A stretch of 64,000 bases of DNA from Oculina patagonica. Taxonomy: Eukaryota. The notes beneath the pieces are model-generated. The model was not told the DNA's origin and searched no databases. It worked only from the letters and a program-made list of their open reading frames with translations. This document shows positions 1 to 13,165 of the stretch, one piece after another. How positions within the stretch are numbered: the stretch's first letter is position 1; each line of letters starts with the position of its first letter. The stretch lies in assembly GCF_052425735.1 (NCBI RefSeq), contig NC_135761.1, forward strand, positions 6,448,001-6,512,000, written 5' to 3'. Made by a program: the position numbers and the translations under genes.

Positions 1-502
1 TATTAGTTTTATCCATTGCAAACTCGATACGGCACAGAGGAGAACATTTTAATTAATTTTATTTTAAAAAATCTGAAAAATACGATTTATTTCATAATTT
101 TCATTCGGCAACTACACAGGGCATTTTATATATATTTCATACTTTTGCAACTTTCTTCTTTGCCAAAGGAGAAACACCTGCTTATAATGAAGTACCTCTT
201 GAATCGACGAAAATCAGGAATAAAATTGTTTTTACACAAATTAAAGCGCAGTTTAAAGAGTCTTTAAAAGCTTTGATAAGCTTATGTACTGTGCTGACCT
301 TAGCTTCAGCTTCTTCTGGCTTGTTTAAGTTAAACCTCTTATTATATTGGCGCTTCTATCTCCTTTTAGGTCCGTCAAGAACACGTTTGATCGTGATGAA
401 CATGAACGACTTTAGAATGTTTTCACATGTGCAACCAGCACAGACCCTCCTCCTTAAAAGGAAAAAGGTCGGAGACTGGGTACAAATAAGGCGAAAACCA
501 AC

Positions 503-1300
503 ATGGCGTCGACCGGCGAACAGGTTGTAAAGAAGTCGAAAACTTCCTTTCGTCTCTACTTGGAAGGAATTTACGACTGGGTGCTAATGCCGCCGTATTC
601 CAAAGCGGCCATTTACTGGCTCGTTGTACTGGCGGGTTCATTTATTCACGAGTTTCTTCCCCTCCCGCAGTCCTACCTCTCGAACAAGAGAAACGTGTTC
701 AACGTGTACTTTGTAAAGCTTGGCTGGGGCTGGACACTCGGTCTTTTGATTCCCTTCCTTTCTTTAACTTCATCCGTGTACACTTCTTTCAATCCGACCG
801 CGATGTTGAAACATTTGAGTAGAATGGCCGTTGGTACGTTTGGATGGTATTTCTGGGTTAACCTGTTTGTTTACATCGAGGAGTTGACCGGCCAGTGCGA
901 AGGTGAAGAGACGCTGTCTTCAAAGAAGAGTTGCTATCTCCAGGGATTTCACTGGGACGGCTTTGATATATCGGGACACGCTTTTCTGCTAATCTACAGC
1001 GCCCTTATCATCAGTGAGGAAATCCAAGTTAAAAGATGGTGGTCAACTACGCAAAGAAACCAAAGAGGAACAACTGTGTTCGCCGATCGCATCAGCCCAT
1101 TGGTGGACGTAATTTTCGTCTGTATAAGCTTGTTATTGGTCCTTTGGGAGTTTATGCTCGTGTGCACCACTGTCTACTTTCACACTGTTCATCAGAAAGT
1201 ACTTGGTGCTTTAATCGCCCTGTTCACGTGGTATGTAACTTACGGAGTCTGGTACGAGAATGAACAGTCGCCTGGTCGTCCATGGATCCCTTTGAACTAA
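503..1300 (+). CDS. FITM2: Fat storage-inducing transmembrane protein (FIT/FITM2-like acyl-CoA diphosphatase), intronless, 265 aa
   Basis: FIT family motifs SYLSNKRNVFNVYFVKLGWGWT, WDGFDISGHAFLLIY..L.ISEE and T.VYFHT..QK; several hydrophobic TM segments; start context aacATGG. Confidence 0.93.
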   Translation: MASTGEQVVKKSKTSFRLYLEGIYDWVLMPPYSKAAIYWLVVLAGSFIHEFLPLPQSYLSNKRNVFNVYFVKLGWGWTLGLLIPFLSLTSSVYTSFNPTAMLKHLSRMAVGTFGWYFWVNLFVYIEELTGQCEGEETLSSKKSCYLQGFHWDGFDISGHAFLLIYSALIISEEIQVKRWWSTTQRNQRGTTVFADRISPLVDVIFVCISLLLVLWEFMLVCTTVYFHTVHQKVLGALIALFTWYVTYGVWYENEQSPGRPWIPLN

Positions 1301-1327
1301 TGCTCATTGCCACCGGAAGACGTGTAA

Positions 1328-1649
1328 GAGGGTCTCAATGGGGTTAACCGTTAGCCGTAAAACGGCCAAAAATTAAGCCGTTTGGCGTAAAAAATGGAAA
1401 ATTTTAACCGTTTGCCGTAAAATATGTTAACCGTAAAAATCGGTCAGTGCTTCACTTCATCGTCCCAAAAATGGTCCTAAGACCTAAAATATGTTTTTCT
1501 ATAATGAAAATTGATTTTTAACTATTAAAAACAATGAAAATTAACTTTTAATTTCTGTTAAACGTAATGGAAATAAATTAACCGTTAGCCGTAAAGAGGC
1601 CAAAATTTTAACCGTTAACCGTAAAAGCCACCACCCCATTGAGACCCTC
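1328..1649. mobile_element. MITE
   Basis: TIR GAGGGTCTCAATGGGG / CCCCATTGAGACCCTC; internal TTAACCGTTAGCCGTAAA repeats. Confidence 0.8.
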
Positions 1650-3405
1650 ATGTAAAGTTAAGTCTTTGACTTTGAGACTGAAAGACCCCCTGCTATTGTT
1701 ACCCAGCTTTTAACTGTGTTATTACATTTCTCCGTCTAATGTATTTAAGGAGAGTTAATAAAGTTTTTTTATTTATAGCCAGTGAGTTTCCATTTTTTGG
1801 ACTAGAGAGAACCTCTCTTTAGACGGTAACCGGTAGTTTCGCCTACGAGCCGTTTCGCTAACGTCTCATGCTGATGCACTAAAGTCTACCAGACTTCTTA
1901 TTAATACTTTTTATTCAGAAAGTGAAAACCCTGAATATTTCTTTTTCTTTACATGTAAGCCTAAGCGAAGAGAGACGCGAAAAGACCGCAAACCCTTAAG
2001 TCCCATCCTAAGTCCGACCCAGGGGCAGATATCACAGACTAGACAATTTATTCGTAGTTTTCTTTTATCGTTGAACCCGGGAAAAGAAACGCGAGAAAAC
2101 TAAAAGGTGGCGACCATTTTCGATAAAAGAGTGAATTCCCAATTTCTCCAGAAAGTGTCAAAAATGACATAACCTTAATTACTTATCTGTCCGCTGTTTT
2201 GCAAATATGCAGACTCTATCGGCAGTGAGGGGATTCAGGAATTTTTTAGGAGAGGTGCACCACAAAGAAAGGGCGTGACTGACTGGTAACATAAACAAAT
2301 TTTAAAAGCGAATACTAACCCGCAGGTCATCTAGCTTGCCCCCTCCCCCCACCCTCAAGCTCACTTTGTTCGCTGTTTCTATTGCATTTCTAGCTTTGCG
2401 TCGAAAAATAGAGAAGCTGTGAACAGTGTAACGTATCAGGTTAGAAGGTTGATTCAGCAAGACAAAAGTTTGCGAAAACAGACGGAAGAAGGCCATTCTT
2501 GTAAAATTTGGCTGACGCCATATCATGGTCCATGCACTTCTACTCACGCTGATCAGTCACACGAAAGTGATTTGACTTTTTTAACTGAAACCTGATTTTG
2601 ACGTTCATTCTCTGAAAACGCTCATGCCATTTGGAATACTGAAAGATTTTATTTTGCAAATTGCAAAAGAAAAAACCTTAGGGATCTTTGGCAAAGATTT
2701 TCCTCGCCTCTTTAGTCTGTCACCCAGGAATGAAACTGATGGTAAGGGAATGGGATATGTTATGAATGGGGTTGATAAAGTGGTCAAGAACGACTTAGGT
2801 AGATGAAGTCTACTCAAAGATGCCGGAGACCATCAGTAGGGAAGCCCCTCCCCGGTGGCTTCAAACAGCTAGCAAGCAGTCAAATGGACTTTACCCGAAT
2901 ACCGGAATTTCAGGAGAACACCAGAGTTTATTTTTTAAAAATATATTCAGTTTTGCCCCATTTATTACTGAACAGGACCTTTTCATCGTTCACTCTGTTT
3001 TCTCACAATCATTACGTAAATCGTTGCCTATGGATACCCTGTCGTAGAAGTCAGAAAAGAGCACTGATGTAAGGAAGTTATAAATCTGAGGCTAGAAGCA
3101 TGCCAAGGTGCTCTGTGTGAAGCTATCTCATTCAACCATCAATGTTTCTCGTGCCACTTGGTTCCAAACAGGCACAAATTAAAAATTAAGAAAAATAATA
3201 CAGAATTAACCAGATTTCAAACTTCTTGTAGTAGATAAACAGAAAAATGGCCTCTCTTGTTGGTAACTTATTAGGGCAGCTTATCCATTTTGTTTGCATA
3301 ACTTCACTCCTCTGCAAAACCCAAAATCTGTTGTTTGTCATCAAATACTCCAAAGCTTGTTCGTGTTGCATTGTTGAGTAAAGAATCTAAAGAATTGCGA
3401 AGAGT

Positions 3406-6400
3406 TTATCGATTGTCCAATACTACAATTGTTTCTCTAGGTGATCCAGTCAGTTCTACGAAGATGAAGCGATATTCAAAATTGCCACGTGATCCCTGGA
3501 ATAAGAAAAGACGATAAATTGGTCAATTCACTCTGACAAAAAACGTTTAACAAGTTATTTCACCATGTGACAACATAAATATACAATGTATTGTCAGACT
3601 GGTGACAAGAGACTGACTTGCTAGTCTCATTAATCGTTCTATTTTTGGCAGGGAGTAGGGGGAGAGGGGGGTAGAAGGGACGAAACGATGAGAGCAAAAG
3701 CAGACTCAAGTTTCTGCCTCATGAACCAACAAGGCAGATATGGTAGCCTTCAAGTGTTAATGTTTGTTTTTGTTTTCCTTTAGAGGGTATTTAAAAAAAA
3801 AAAGTGCTGTCCTAATGGAGTAGAGCGGTATAGTGTATCTGGGTGATATGAAATTTACCTTCCTGTGTTCAACTTGACGTTTCAAGAGAACATGTATTAC
3901 TTTTTATATATTATCAAATCTGCCAACATCTCCATGTTCTTTAGACAAGAACTTTTTCCAAAAAATTTCGCACAAGTTCATGTTGCTTGATTTTGATATA
4001 CCTGTTTAACATCAACATGGACTGTTCCTTTTCGTTTGGATCCTGACAAATAAAACTTTACCCTCATGTAGTTTTCACCATCGACTAAGTATTCTTGGTA
4101 ACTGCAATGTAAAACAATCGACTTAACTTCAAAAACATTTTTACTTTTAACTTTGAACAAAGTCACAATTTTAAAGGTCCTCTATCTAAAACAGGGTCTT
4201 AAAAAACGAAAGCGATTCCAACCCACCAAAGTTACCATTCAGTACCCCAACGCCAACACAGCCAAAATAAACACAAACAACTGAACAAGAGTCCCTAGCA
4301 GAGCCACAGGCGAGTTACTTTTGTCTTTAGGTGAGTTGTATAACTTTGCTATATGAAAGCTTTTAAGAGCTGGGAACCCAAGATTTTTTTTTACATAAGA
4401 GCCCACGGGCACCCTGCAATTATTATAAGAGCACAGCTTTGCTTAGGGGTCCAATAAGATCTTTTTGAAGTTTCCACATGTGAATACATAGTAACATTGT
4501 TCAACACAAGGTTCCAATACCTGACATGCCTTCTTCTTCCTCTTGAAGTTGTTTCTCCGTGACCCATGATTGGTTCTCCAATAGCTTCAACTACCTAAAT
4601 TTAACATTATTATCAGAAGCAACTATAAGAGATCAGCTTATGACTTAAAAACAGTAACTTGGAGTCTTGAAAATCCTAATTTTGATTTTTTAGTACAATT
4701 CAATAAGAACAAGCTTTGGGAAATGGTCAGAACTATTGTACTCAGACAGTACGTGGACGACTCTGCAAAATACAGGTGGTCTCTTCATGTACTACCTCCC
4801 TTTCCCACCTTAAAAGATGATGTCTTGTTTGTATAACCCCCACTCTATCAGGAGTAGAAACTTAGAAAAAGATTCAAACATCCTTGTGCCATTTCTCCAG
4901 CAATGCAAGCTTCATGCACACCTTATATGAAAGTCTTAACTTGAATTTTGAGGTCAATAAATTTTGTCCATTTGGCTTACTAGACAGGTGGTATCTTGCA
5001 TAGCCCCCCTATTCCTACACAAGGTAGGTCCTCGTCGAGTACAGTTGTTATGACCACTTCCCTTACATCAATCATTCTGTGACCCAATGTGCCCTTATGG
5101 ACCTTCTGGTTTCCATGGTTACTAGATAACTAGCTAAGTAACTTGAAAATTAAAATATCCAACCATACAAGTATTTGCTTCTCTGTCAGCAGCTGATGTA
5201 ATCTTACCTCTGCACTTGCTTTAACCTTCTTGAGAGCACTGGCATACACTCTGTTTGCACTGAAGCCAAAAAACAACTCACTGACGACAAACCATATCAA
5301 TGCACCTGTGAAAAACGTAATATTTCAGTTGAGTTTAAATCAGTTGCTTTACTGATGACTGTCTTGCAGCAGTAACCAATCCCATGCGTGCAAAAGAGAC
5401 ACAAGTATTAAAAGTCATTAAACATATGGAATTGTCTCAACTTTGCCTCTGTGCTGAAGTTAATTCCGGGGGGGGGGGGGGGGCACTCGAAAAAGTTTTG
5501 TACGGGGAGGCTCCGCCCCAAGCTTTTATCCCTTACCCTTTTATATACCATTTTGGCAGAAATTGTACCCCTTTCGTATACCTTTTACTGAAAAAAGGTA
5601 CCTCTTTCATATACCTAAAAGACATGGCATAGACTTACAATGTAGAACAAGGCGTTTTCTCGTCATTTTCATGCAGCGCTTAATAAATTAAAATAATACA
5701 GCCACAAAGTGCGTCTGTTTGAAATATTTTAATTAAAGGCCCTTTTAAAAACCTAAATGACGGATTTTCATACCCTTTCATATACCAAAACTTGTGAAAT
5801 CCCTACCCTTTTATATACCTGAAGCCTGAAAAAGGTACCCCTTTCGGGCGGAGCCTCCCCGTATAGGCCATTATAAGGAGTACCCCCCCCCCCCCGGGGG
5901 TTTTTCCTCCCTTTTGGTATGGACTATAAAAACACAAGTGTGACACTGAAATTCTACGAATTTATACAATAGATCTTTACAGACAATGTTATATTACAAG
6001 TTACCAGTAACTGCAAATCCAACAAGTATAATTCCAAAGTAGCTAACATCCTTTCCAGCTTGGGCAACTGACATAATAAATATAGAAAAAATATATATTG
6101 TAATTAAAAAACAAGCTAAAACTAGCAGAAATAACAGTAAACTTTAATCTTATCATAAATATAATAATTATATAATTATATTTTGTATTATTCTAGAAAA
6201 TTAATATATCCATACCCCCACCTCCTGCACAGAAGTTTTTTTTTTGGTTTGAGCCCCACACACCTCTAGAAATCTATGTTAAGCTTTATAATACATTTCT
6301 CTAAAAATTAAAGCTCTTAAAACACCCCTCCCCCTCAAAATTTCCAATATCATTCAAATTCCTTGATGAGTCAGGTGGCAGCTCCTGCAAGGTCTTACCT

Positions 6401-7350
6401 GAAAGACTCGCTACTGTTTGAGAAAACAAACAACAGGAGCAATGCACCTAGCCCTAAAAACAATACAACTGCTTAACTATAGGACCAGAAGAATTACAAG
6501 CTTATAAGTGCCACAATACTACTGATCCAGGGGTGGCTAGTTCCACTCCGGTTTGCTTGCAGTTAGTTTCACTCCAGTCTGCTTGCTGTTAGCTTTTACT
6601 GTGGTTTGCTTGCGGTTAGCTTTTATTTGTTGGTTAGGTTTTGTTTCGTTTATTTTGGCATGCACTAAAACCCCGGCAAAACAACATAACCACCGGAACC
6701 ACTGAAACAAAACCTAACCAACAAATAAAAGCTAACCACAAGCAAACCTGAGTGAAAGCTAAGCACAAGCAGACTAAAGTGGAACTAACCACAAGCATAT
6801 GGAGTGGAACTAACCGCAAGCAAACCAGAGTGAAAGCTTACTGTTCAGGGTTTCGGGCTAACCACGGGATTTTGTTTCAGGTGTTTAGTATAGTGTACCG
6901 CTGAAATACTATCCAATTTCTAAAACATTTCAATAAAATTCTTGTGTTCTGTGGTGTTCTGTAGTGTTAGGGGTATCGAATGGTAAATGCGAGACTGGGA
7001 GATGGCGAGACTGATATCTTTTCTGCGAGCCCGGGAGACCTTTTGAAGGCTTTTTAGCCTTGCAAAAGAAATCGAGACTCCGAGAAGGCGTCAAAGAAAA
7101 ATTCGAGACGACGAGATCCTTGAAATTTGGCTATACTTTTGCGAGACACGCATTTTTTGAAGGACCATTCACCACCCCTAGTGTTCCAGGAAGTTCTGTG
7201 GTGTTTTGGGGAGTTCCGTGGTGTTCTAAGTGTCAGCAGCTTCAGTTGCAGGCTATTCTGCAGTTTAGCCGACAGTTTTTTGGAACCGAAACATCATCAA
7301 ATATGTTCCAGACCTCCCAGGGCCTTATTTCTTGCTGTCAACATTAGCAA

Positions 7351-7427
<77 letters not shown>

Positions 7428-7775
7428 CGTGGTTAGAAGGTACATGCAATCACAGTTTTATTATTTGTGAAAAGAATATAAACTCAAACCTTTGGCTCCT
7501 ACTGTTAGTTGTGTTTGGGGTTGTTCTTTCGATTCTACCAAATCTTGAAGAACCGAGCTTTCTTTCTTTTCCTCAGATGTCTTCGAAGAGAAAAATCTAA
7601 GAGAATGATTGGTACTCGCGCTGCACGGGACATGACGGAACTCTAGCGGAACTTCGTGTCTTGCAAGGTCCCTCTTTCTAAATACCACAGGAAAAGCAGA
7701 GCTCTGCCTTATAATAAAGAGTCTTGAAGGAAGCCCTTTGGGAAAAATCCCGCAGACATGTTTCCATAAAAGCAT
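3406..7775 (-). CDS. TIMM21: Mitochondrial import inner membrane translocase subunit Tim21 (6 coding exons)
   Basis: GT-AG exons 7490-7775, 6005-6067, 5208-5305, 4521-4594, 4002-4101 and 3406-3495 join in frame. Product: ...VGAKVAQAGKDVSYFGIILVGFAVTGALIWFVVSELF...VVEAIGEPIMGHGETTSRGRRRHVSYQEY...MRVKFYLSGSKRKGTVHVDVKQGSRGNFEYRFIFVELTGSPRETIVVLDNR*. The N-terminus is basic and presequence-like; the exact start codon is less certain. Confidence 0.9.
5466..5899. mobile_element. MITE with poly-G/C ends (TIMM21 intron)
   Basis: CCGGGGG...TACGGGGAGGCTCCGCCC / GGGCGGAGCCTCCCCGTA...CCCCCGG inverted ends. Confidence 0.75.
6536..6840. repeat. Foldback element with ~24-bp subrepeats
   Basis: TTAGCTTTTATTTGTTGGTTAGGTTTTGTTTC is mirrored by GAAACAAAACCTAACCAACAAATAAAAGCTAA; repeated GCTTGC/GCAAGC units lie on opposite arms. 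Confidence 0.7.
7352..7425 (+). repeat. ~74-nt poly-G tract
   Basis: Direct reading; a single T interruption at 7390. Confidence 0.9.
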
Positions 7776-8460
7776 CTTCTTGCTATGGTAAAATTGCTGG
7801 TTTATATCAATGTTTTTAAAACACCTCCAATACAGACGCCATTTTGTATTTTGTGTCGCAAAGTACGCTGGGAAGACTTGTCCCAATCTCCCAGTGTTTC
7901 ACGCCGCGCGCACGAGCCCGGGAGGAAGGAGGGGGGGGGGGGCATAAGCTAAAATACGCCTGTTTATTCAGAAGTTGAAAAAATTAGCCATTCCGCAGCC
8001 GTTCTGGGAACATGATTTGTGAGTTCAACTGTTTCATTAGGATCGGCACATAAAAAGGTTCGGCGTCTGATCCGATTCAAAGTCGTGACGACCCAAAGAA
8101 CGGCTGACTATCATATGCCATTACTGGGAGAAGTAAAGAGAATACTACAACACGTGGGAACAAGAAGAAACTGTGCTTCGTATCTCTGCGGGAAAGTAAT
8201 GACGGCTTTTTGGTCCCTTACCATAAAAATACCGCCTTTCGCTTACGGGGAAGACCGCAAAATCCAAACATTTAACGGTTGGTCGTGTGATATCAAAACT
8301 GCTAAGCGAAGTAGTTTCAGTTTCTTTTTTAGAATTCACGGAAGTGTATATACCTATAGCGAGTTGTATGTAAATTTCACAAATATATTTACTTATAATC
8401 ACTTTATCTGTTCGATCTTTGTGGCAAACTGAGGTAAGTAAAAAACTATTTCGATAACTG

Positions 8461-11400
8461 GGTCACAATCCCTTCGACTCATGTTGCGACTGGGCACAAC
8501 TCTGAGTTACTGAAATGGCTTGATCTACAATGTTTCATTCTAGGACTGAGTACTGCTCAGGGCCGATATGATTTATATATCTTGCACATAAATTGCTGGC
8601 TAACGCATTTCCATACAATAAAAAGTTGAACGTCCCTTGCAACTTCTGGCCGGTATCAAGGCTCGGCCGGGAAGTAATGAAAAACTGACCCGAAGGAACA
8701 ACAAGCTACCTCTGTAACTACCTCTGTCAAGCGACCGCCGCAACTGATGGCTAACAAAGTAGTTTGACTTCAAAATTTTGCAAAAATCCATCCTTGGCTG
8801 TTTCTTGGAATCCGGCATAATTCAGTTGCTCACCACTAAACAAGTATACAAACTGAACCGCTGCAGGTAGTTTCCTTCCTGACACACTCTGACTCTACAA
8901 CTGCATTTTAAAAAAATCATAATAAATCATAATAGTGTTTTACTGAATTTCTGTCGAGTGAGATCAAACTTTAATGGTTATGGATTTTGTATAAAGAAAT
9001 TGATATTTTGAACAGTTTTGTTTCTTGGAAATTCACAATTCTCTGACTGGGCATTGTGCGATCAATTTTGACAATGAAAAAACAATGTGAGTGACTCATG
9101 AAGCCAGCGTGACCTAACTGTGCTCAGGAGTTCATCCGGTCTGTGCTTATCAAGCATGTCAAGTTACACTTTGTAACTTAATTTTAGTTTCAAAAATAAT
9201 TTATAGTTAGAAAGATCTACGAACCCTTTTTCCCACAACAAAAAATGCTTTCTCGTAAAGCATTTTTCTGTACTTAGTCTTGTATCTTTTTTTAATGTGC
9301 GCTTTCCTATTTTCTTGGAAATGCTGAAATGTAAATTCAATCTATGCTGAGACTATGACTTCCAAGGATGTGCAAAATGACGCTAGCTAAACCAGACCTG
9401 GGCAGCTATGCAGACAGTTTGATCTTTTGATAATGACTGAAAGCATATCAAAAAAAATCCCCGCGAGCTGCTCCTTTTTCGTAGAACTCGGTCGGCTACA
9501 TCAGTTCTGTATCACACTGTCAAAGCTATTCATCAAATCCATACCATGTAAGAGTTCCCATTGATTTGGAATAAAACTTCGTTTTTGTCTACGAAACGCT
9601 GCAGTAAAGTTTCAGAAAACCTTGAGTGATCTTCTTCTTAACTCTGACTCGGCGGACATCAGGAAAATTTCAAATCCATGCAACCGGTCTGCACTGACCG
9701 CGAATCAGTCTCATTTCTATTAAGTGGAAGGCACCATTTGCAATTTCGTTTGCCTCGAAACTATCACTGAGTCATAATTGCAGTAGGTAAAAAAAAAGGC
9801 GTTAAAACAAATAGGAAGATATTCTTACAGTCCGTTTCTTGGTTCTTCTAACCCTAAAGCTTTTTGTTTTAAAACAAATTCGATGTGTCTTGCTTTTTCT
9901 TGGAAATGTTGACAGGGAAAAAGGGAATCTTAATAGAGAGGACGGGCTCCTTGGTCAGCGGCTGGTGGTGTAACATCAAAACTGCTTCACGAAGCATTTT
10001 CACTTTCTTTTTAGAAACATAAAGGTGCATTTGCCTTAAGTAGCGTGTTGTGCGTACAGTTCTCAAATAGATACTCATAGCCTTTTTATATGCTCGATCT
10101 TTGAGGTAAGTATGGTTTTCTTTTCCTTCTGCTTCAGTACAGTTTATAAGGTGACCTCTTGCTGAAATGTTTCTCGATCGCTTGGTCACAATCCGTTCGA
10201 GTCGTGATACGAATGGGCACAACTCTGAGTCACTGAACTGACTTGATCAACAATGATTCCCGCTTTAAATGAGTACTGCTCAAGGCGTTATGGTTTATAT
10301 TGCACATGAATTGCTGGCTTACGTATAGCTTTCTGAACATTCCCTTAACAATCGACCATAATGAGAAGTTGAATGTCGATCTTTTTCATCTTCGGACAAT
10401 AAAGTCAATGAAGTTTTAGCCGGGAAGTACGTAATGATGGAAAACTAACATGAAGAGAGAAAAAGCTACCTCTATCTATAACCTCAATATCCTCTTTCAT
10501 CAGGCAAAGGTAAATCGGTTTGAAGTCACCTCACTGAACGTTTTGTAAATATCTTTCTCCGAAATGTTTCGGCTTGGAATCCGGAAGCCGTCATTCGGTT
10601 GTACTGTCAGACAAGTTTACTAACTGTACTGCCGTAGATAATTTTCTTTCTAACGCATCTCGAATCTGCATTTTTTTTAATTATGATGGCGTTTTACCCC
10701 ACTGAAATTGGGTAAAGTTTGTTCGATCAGTGGATTACAGGAACTTTTATATACCCAAGGCTGGTCCGTCGAGGACTTGCAAATAGAACGTTTACGTACG
10801 ATTTACTGCTTTGTCTCGGCGAATTTTGTTCTAGGAAGAGATCAATAAATAATCAAAACGGCAGATAACGTTTTGAGTTATTTATTTTGTAATAAACGAA
10901 GTGTCGAAGTTAGTCTTGGTCAGTTTCGTTTCTTGGAAATGCATACTCTAGTGACTCGTGACTCCAGCGTGACCTTTTAATATACGTTTTGCTTCATTTC
11001 AATGTCATGGAAATGTTAAGATGGATTTTACTGCAGAAGCAATTCCTTAAAAAGAGTTTTAAAATAACACCGGCTAAACCAAATCTTGCCAGTGTGATCT
11101 CTAGGTAATAAATACGAGTCAAAGGCGTATCGGAAACTTATAACAAAAGCTTACCTGCGTCTAGTTCTTTTTCCGGGAAAACTCGGCCAGCATATCCATC
11201 ACATCAGTTATTCATCAAAGCCATATACTTCTGGTGCATAAAGAGCCTGTATGGATTAAGCGCATATCTCCATTTTTGCCTTCGATAATTTAAGCTGCAA
11301 TAAAGTTCAAAACCTTGTCAGAACAAGGCCAGTTCTCTTCCTTTAATATATCGTCCTTGGCTTCTGTAAGCCATGAGTGATTTTCGTCTCGACGATTAGT

Positions 11401-13165
11401 CTGCATGGCATCATTTTTTTACCATCCGAATTTTTAATCCATACAGCCGGACTCCTGCAAAGCGTATTAAACCTGCACTCATAGCGAATGTCGTTTCTAT
11501 TGAGTGGAATTGCCTTCATCCCGAAGCTAGGACTGAGCCATAATGGTACTGGTAAATTAAAGGCGTTAAAATGGAAATTTTCTAGTACAACAGGGTTAAT
11601 AACTTTTTCTTGCATGAAGTCCGTTTCTTAGAAAATTCAAGTTTTTATTAAAAGTTCAGCATTCTAAGAAATGATATGCTAATAAAATAGTTGACTCTAC
11701 AAACAAGTGCATTTTTGAAATACAAAATAATGCCGGTGTTTTATCCCGCTTAAAATGAGACGAATTTCGTTCCGCTGAGCAGGATCAAACATTTATAAAG
11801 CGCTGGCCCGTTCAAGACTTGCCGATTGGAAGAAAGGCTTACTATTGACGTGTACGGATAAGAAAAAACGATTGATATGTATGGACTATGCATTTAAAGG
11901 GATAATAGAAACGTTTTGGTGTCGAAGCTATAGCTAGTCTTGAGCAGGAGTTCGTTTCTTGAAAATTCAATAGTCCACGGACTGCACATTGTTGATATAC
12001 GATTCTAAGAATAAACTGATAAACTGTGTCTTGTGACACCAAAATGACCTTGATGTAAAAGATTTGTCTTAATGACTACTTTATATGCTTTTCAAGCACA
12101 ATTGATCAGTTTTACCAAGTTATAAATTTAGTTTGAAAAATAACGACTTTTTTTTAGTACAGATAAGATAAGTACAGATTTCTCACTTCGCAAAGTACAG
12201 ATTTTCATTTCGCAAAGTACAGATTTCTCACTTCGCAAAGTACAGATTTTTCACTTCGCAAAGTACAGATTTTTCACTTCGTTTCGTTTCGTTCCGTTTC
12301 GATTCGCAAAGTACAATAAGCCCTTTTTTGCCAAGATTCTGAGAACTTTCAAACTGCTTCCTGAAAAATGTATTTTTGCAAAGGTTTTATTGTCTCCTTG
12401 GCCTTTTAACTCCATATTCGATTCGTATTCTTCGATATGTTTTCCGGCATATTTCTTGGAAATGTTGATGTATGCATGGATATCGAAGAATTAAATATTC
12501 AATATATATATATATATATCCAATCAAGACTAGATGCGCTTTAAAAATCAATCAAGAAGCGTTGGAAAATAACGCTAGCTTAACCAAACCTGGGCAGCTA
12601 TAGTTTGATCTTTGGTGACATGTACACAGGTTACTGTTTATAATATGACTGAAAAGCATATGGAAAAGCTTACCTGTGTAGCCCGTTTTTCGTGGAAACG
12701 TTTCGGCCAGCATCTGCATGATTATAGTTATCCATCAAAGCGTACCATGTAAGATATTATATTAAGACTCCATTTTTGCCTTCGAAAAAGCTGCAATAAA
12801 GTTTACATTTGTTTCAGTCTAGCCATGCGGTTTCCTGTATTGAAGTCTTTTGTGCGGTTTTCGCCTCAACAGTCGGACCAGCTTTAGGGAAAATGGACTG
12901 AGATATTTTCGATCAAAATTCTAATCCATGGCGGCTTCTACGCTTGATCAACTAATCCTGTAGCCACAGAATGCAGATTCTTCTCACCGGAAAAACCAAC
13001 GTAGAATTGCATTTGCCCCTGAACTAGTACTGAGTCATAATGATAACTGGTTAACAGAAAACCGAGAATTTAAAACAAATACAATGAGGCAGAAAGGTCG
13101 AGTTCTCACACTGAGTCGCTTCTTGGAAAATGCACGTTGTTGTTAATAGTTTAAGATTCTAAGAA
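8461..13165. repeat. Diverged tandem triplication of a ~1.4-1.5 kb non-coding block (copies ~8461-9845, ~10184-11670, partial ~12450-13165)
   Basis: Shared anchors in the same order: GGTCACAATCC..GGGCACAACTCTGAG (8461/10184), AT(T/C)CATCAAA (~9529/11210/12730), GCTGCA(G/A)TAAAGTT (~9598/11294/12790), ACTGAG(T/C)CATAAT (~9766/11532/13029). Confidence 0.8.
12157..12323. repeat. ~22-bp tandem repeat CGCAAAGTACAGATTT.TCACTT with a (GTTTC)n tail, probably a transposon end
   Basis: About 4-5 units followed by GTTTCGTTTCGTTCCGTTTC and AAAGTACAATAAGCCC. Confidence 0.7.

Noticed and set aside
7127-7600. Poly-glycine ORF on the + strand
   Set aside because: Produced by the poly-G tract, and antisense to TIMM21 exon 1/intron 1.
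8019-8432. 137-aa ORF divergent from TIMM21
   Set aside because: Non-ATG start and no recognisable motif. A strong donor (GAG|GTAAGT near 8434) could mark a non-coding exon, but there is no support for coding.
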